This document shows positions 59,401 to 64,000 of a stretch of DNA of 64,000 nt, piece after piece. A program made the translations under genes and the position numbers. The notes beneath the pieces were generated by a model, which saw only the letters and a list, made by a program, of their open reading frames with translations, was not told the DNA's origin and made no database searches. Source of the stretch: Histomonas meleagridis 2922-C6/04-290x (taxonomy: Eukaryota; Protista; Parabasalia); the NCBI GenBank assembly GCA_020184695.1, contig JAANOX010000099.1, positions 310,001 to 374,000 on the forward strand, written 5' to 3'. The stretch's first letter is position 1. Every line of letters starts with the position of its first letter.

Positions 59401-62400
59401 AAATAAAAAATCCAAAAAAAATGTTCATGATATAAACTTTTCATCAGATTCAGGTAAATGGTATTTCTTTACATTAGCATATCATAACAATGAATTTAAG
59501 ATATTTGTTGATGGACAATTACTTGATAAATTATCCGCAAATAATTTTAGAGCTGATACAATAAAATGTTTTTATATTGCACGAGGATTTCAAAATGGTA
59601 ATTCATTAACATGTAATATTAGTGTAATCTATTTATTTAATCAATTTATCAAACCTAATTTACAAAAAGATATAACTAATTTACCATTAGATTATTTTTA
59701 TTCATTTATATCATCTAATAGTAAATTATTCCCATCATTACCTAATACATTATTTTCCAAAGAAAATGATTTAGAAAATTCTTTAGTTTTATTATATAAT
59801 TCAAGAATGACACAAAATAATATCTGTTTAAATTATTCTCAAAAATTTAAGAATCCAGCATTAGTTGAAGGTGATATAGTACCATATTCTTGTAATTTTA
59901 TTGGAAATGTATTTAACATGAGTGGATTTCAATTATTAATACCTTTGTTCGAACAAGTTGATATGCCAGTATTAACTATGGTAGCAGAAACAGATAATGC
60001 TTCATTCTTTAATACATTAATATCACTTTTCACTGGTTTAATAAGTTATTCTGAAGAATTCCAAAATTTATTCTTTTCGAATGATTGCGCTAAATTATTA
60101 GCTTATCAATTAACTAAAGTTAATCGTAATAATTTCTCATTAACATTTTTCGATTCATTAAATACTTTATATGATTCATTAATTGATGTTTCACATAAGA
60201 ATGAAATTTTAGAATATATATTCTTTAATATTAACATATGGAAAAATCATCAAAAATTAACAATACAAATATTAGTTGAGAAAATATATAAAAAATTATT
60301 ACAAAATAATACATCTGTTAATTTATTACAAAATTTAGGATTTATCTTTTTGTTTAATTTCATTATTAGTATTAAATCAAGTGAATCACGTAAAATATTA
60401 TATGAGTTTTTATTATTATATGTTAAAAAGAAATTTTCTTTATCTAATATGAATTATCTATTTCAAAATTGTTTAAATAATACGAAAATTGAAATTCGAT
60501 TAGAATCATTAGAATTAATGTATAAATTAATTGAACAAAAAATCTTTGATAGTCGAAATATATTATTACATCAAAATTATTACTTAGCATTAATTAATTT
60601 ATCTTCTGATCCTAATGAAGAAATTCGTTGTTATGGATTAAGATTCATAATATTATCACAAAACTTATATCAAAAGAATCAATTACAAACTATACCTTAT
60701 CCTTTAGATATAGCAATTAGTTTATATATTAAATTTTATAATTATGAAAATGAAACTATCAAAATTTGGGATGAATCAACACAATTATTATTTAGTAATC
60801 CTGAACTTTCTTATGGATTATTACAATTAATAGCATTTATTTCAAATCATTTTAGTGATAAATGTATGGAATTTTTGAATAATTTTCTTTCATTTATTTT
60901 GATACAAAAATCATTGGATCAATTAATTAATTCTTTATGGCATTTATATATATTTTATATATATACACAATCTTCAAAACCTTCAATAGCTTTACATAAT
61001 AAAACTTTAATTGATATATTTTCACATATTGTTAGTTATATAGTAATAAAACAAAAAATTAATTTATTGCAAAATACAATTTCATTTTTACATATAATAC
61101 AATATAAAAAACAATTAGAAACAGTAAGTTACTTAAAAATGATTTTTTTGAAGTTATTAGATAATACTGAAATTAAAGATGAAAATATATTTATGAATGT
61201 ATTTCCTGAAATATTTAATTATTTATTCTTTATACCAAATTATGATCAAAATTATCAAAATAATGATTTATATCAAAGACATGGTATTCAAAATCGAATA
61301 TTTTTAGTTAAACGATTTGATAGTGATTTTACTTTATTAGAATTTATTAATGATATATTTAATAATAATAATACGAATTTTGATATATTCTTTTCATTAT
61401 CATTACGAACATCAAATGGTACATGGGATGATATTGAATTATCAATTAAATTATTAATATTTAGTTTGAAAACGATTAATTCTTCATTATATGATAAACA
61501 AATTAATATTCAAAAGAATAATATCAATTTATTTTCAGCTTTAACATTTTTAATGGGTAATATATTTAGAATTGATTCGAAATATATTAATCAATTTTTA
61601 CCATTATATAAATCACATTTATTATTAATTAATAATTATGATATTATAATTGAATGTTTATCAATAATATTAATGTATTTATATCCTATTGGTTGTAAAA
61701 ATCCAACAATATATAAACAAATAGAAATTTTAATATTAGATTTAATCAATGGATTTCCTAAACAAAAAGTTATTGAAGAACCTATTCCTGAAATTTATGG
61801 AATTACATCAAGTGAATGGTTACAATCGATATTTATTTTAACAGTTCCATTACAAACACAAATGATGCAAAACTTTACAAAAATATGTACTACGATAAAT
61901 AATTTATTTAATAATGAACTTATATTTAATAAAACAATTTTTTCTAAATATAATAATATTTTAATTTCTACCATTAAACAACAACATTTATATAATTTAC
62001 ATAATCAAGAATATATCCAAAAGATATATAAAGATTTATTACAAGAATTAGAAATTAATTATTCATTAAATATTCATATTAATAAAGAACAACATTGGAA
62101 ATTATCATCGACATTAGATTTAGATTGGAGACATAATATATTACGACCGAATAAACATTTTGATCAACATCAAATTGCATCATTATTACGTGATTCACGT
62201 GATCAAACAGAAGCATTACAAAGATTACAATCATTTAAACAAATAAATTCAGGGACAACTAATTCAACAGAGACTACAACTATTGAAGATAATAGTAATA
62301 ATAATAATAATAATAATAATGAAAATGACATAAATATTGATGATTCTAAAGAAGATACATATACATATTCATTTGCTTCACCAGCACAACATATTAAATT

Positions 62401-64000
62401 AAATAATTCATTTCAAGGTACATTTTATCTTAATAAGAATCAAGTTCTTAAAGATTTATATATGGTTTTACAAAGAAATCAATATCATATTCCATGTGGT
62501 TTAGAATAACTACACAAAAAAGTTATTTAATAATATTTCCGAATCAAAATATTAAGGAAACAGTTATTAAAATTCTTAAAAAATTAAAATTACCTAATTT
62601 AAAATATTTACAAACATCGAATTCATCATTATTAGAACAAGAAAAAATTACTGAAAAATGGGTTAATGGAGAAATTTCTAATTATAAATATTTAATCATA
62701 ATTAATTTATTTTCAGGACGAAGTTTTAATGATTTAACACAATATCCAGTTTTTCCATGGGTATTAAAAGATTATACGAGTGAAACTATTGATTTAAATG
62801 ATCCGAATGTTTATCGAGATTTAAGTAAACCTATTGGAGCATTAAATGAAGATCGATTAGAACATTTAAAGGAATTAATTACAGAAATGGATGAAGAAAA
62901 CAAATTTTTATATAAAGTTCATTATTCTAATTCATATTTTGTATCATATTATTTAATACGATTAGAACCATTTACAAGTATTAATATTAAAATGCAAGAT
63001 AATAAATTTGATAAATCAAGTCGAATTTTTTCATCAATTCCTCATTTATGGGAATCTATTACATCACCAGATTTAACAGATTATCGAGAATTAATACCAG
63101 AATTTTATAGTACCCCACGATTTTTAATTAATTCAGATAATTTTGATTTAGGAATCAAATCAGATGGAAGGAAAAATTAATGATGTTATATTACCACCAT
63201 GGAGTAAAAATGCGTATGATTTCATTGAGAAACATCGAGCAGCATTAGAAAGTGATTATGTAAGTTTAAATTTACCTAAATGGATTGATTTAATATTTGG
63301 ATATAAACAAAATGGGAAAGAAGCAATTTTAGCTAATAATACATTTCATCCTTATACATATCCTACGAATATGACTAAACAAGTAATAGAAGATCCAGAA
63401 AAAGTTAATTTTTATTTTATCTTTATTTACACCGACATTACAAATTGAAATAAAATCGAAGCCAATATTTCTTCGAACGACATTCAATAATATTTTAATT
63501 ATTATTACATCATTAGGTAAATTAATATTAAAGAATAATAAAAATGAAAATATTTTTGATATTAGTTATTGTTTAACAGGATTTCAAGGTATTTCAGAAA
63601 GGACAATTTCATATCATTTAAAAAAGAATATTTTAATTATATCAACATGTAATGATTGTACATTTCATATGTTTCAAATTGATATTAATAATTTAACTAT
63701 TAAATTAATTAATTCACAACGACAATATTCATTAATAAATTCATTAAAAGTTACGAGTACGAATGATTTTGTTACCGCTTCACGAAATTATTCTATTATT
63801 AAATGGAATTTTACACAACCAGCGACAATGAAATTCCAAATTAGTGCACATCCAGCGACGATTATTGATTTTGATATCGGTATTGTAAGTAATGCATTAA
63901 TTTGTGGTTATAAATCACGACAAATTTCATCATTTAATTTCTTAAATGGTTCTTATCAATATAGTTATTCATTAGATTATAATATTTTAATGTTAAAAAT
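56429..64000 (+). CDS. Beige/BEACH domain protein (ARM + ConA/LamG-like + PH + BEACH + WD40); frameshifted, runs off the window end
   Basis: W.NGEISNYKYL...SGRSFNDLTQYPVFPWVL, YRDLSKPIGAL, YYLIRLEPF, RELIPEFY, DVILPPW, ALESDYVS..L.KWIDLIFGYKQ.G; LamG-like GKWYFFTLAY..IFVDG. Confidence 0.93.

Noticed and set aside
17900-63200. Programmed frameshifting in the LRR, CTL, subtilisin and BEACH genes
   Set aside because: The breaks fall in or next to A/T homopolymer runs across unrelated genes, which is the pattern of long-read consensus error. No shared stimulatory structure was seen.

Overview
AT-rich, gene-dense eukaryotic DNA with almost no introns. The actin sequence, Inr-like TCAY starts, AAAGTGAC motifs, a 23-nt GT-AG intron and BEACH/LRR/ankyrin/MULE content suggest a parabasalid (trichomonad-like) protist; this is inference. 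Conserved genes include actin (partial), PP2A B56, two cyclins, a DDX47-like helicase, MOB1, MSH6, a CTL/SLC44 transporter, a subtilisin, TBCB, EFHC1, a WDR7-like protein, calreticulin, PSMB3 and a large BEACH protein. Two TIR-bounded DNA transposon relics are present (MULE at 24.2-27.6 kb; Tc1/mariner-like at 50.9-52.2 kb), along with several local duplications. Many genes have single-base frameshifts in homopolymer runs, which look like long-read consensus errors. The most striking observation is two inverted paralogous ankyrin arrays (32.3-33.3 kb and 52.2-53.1 kb). In them, 93-nt single-ankyrin modules alternate with frame-breaking spacers of exactly 77 nt. The spacers contain no AG and carry a fixed-position motif and hairpin, making them candidate non-canonical introns or a cassette system.
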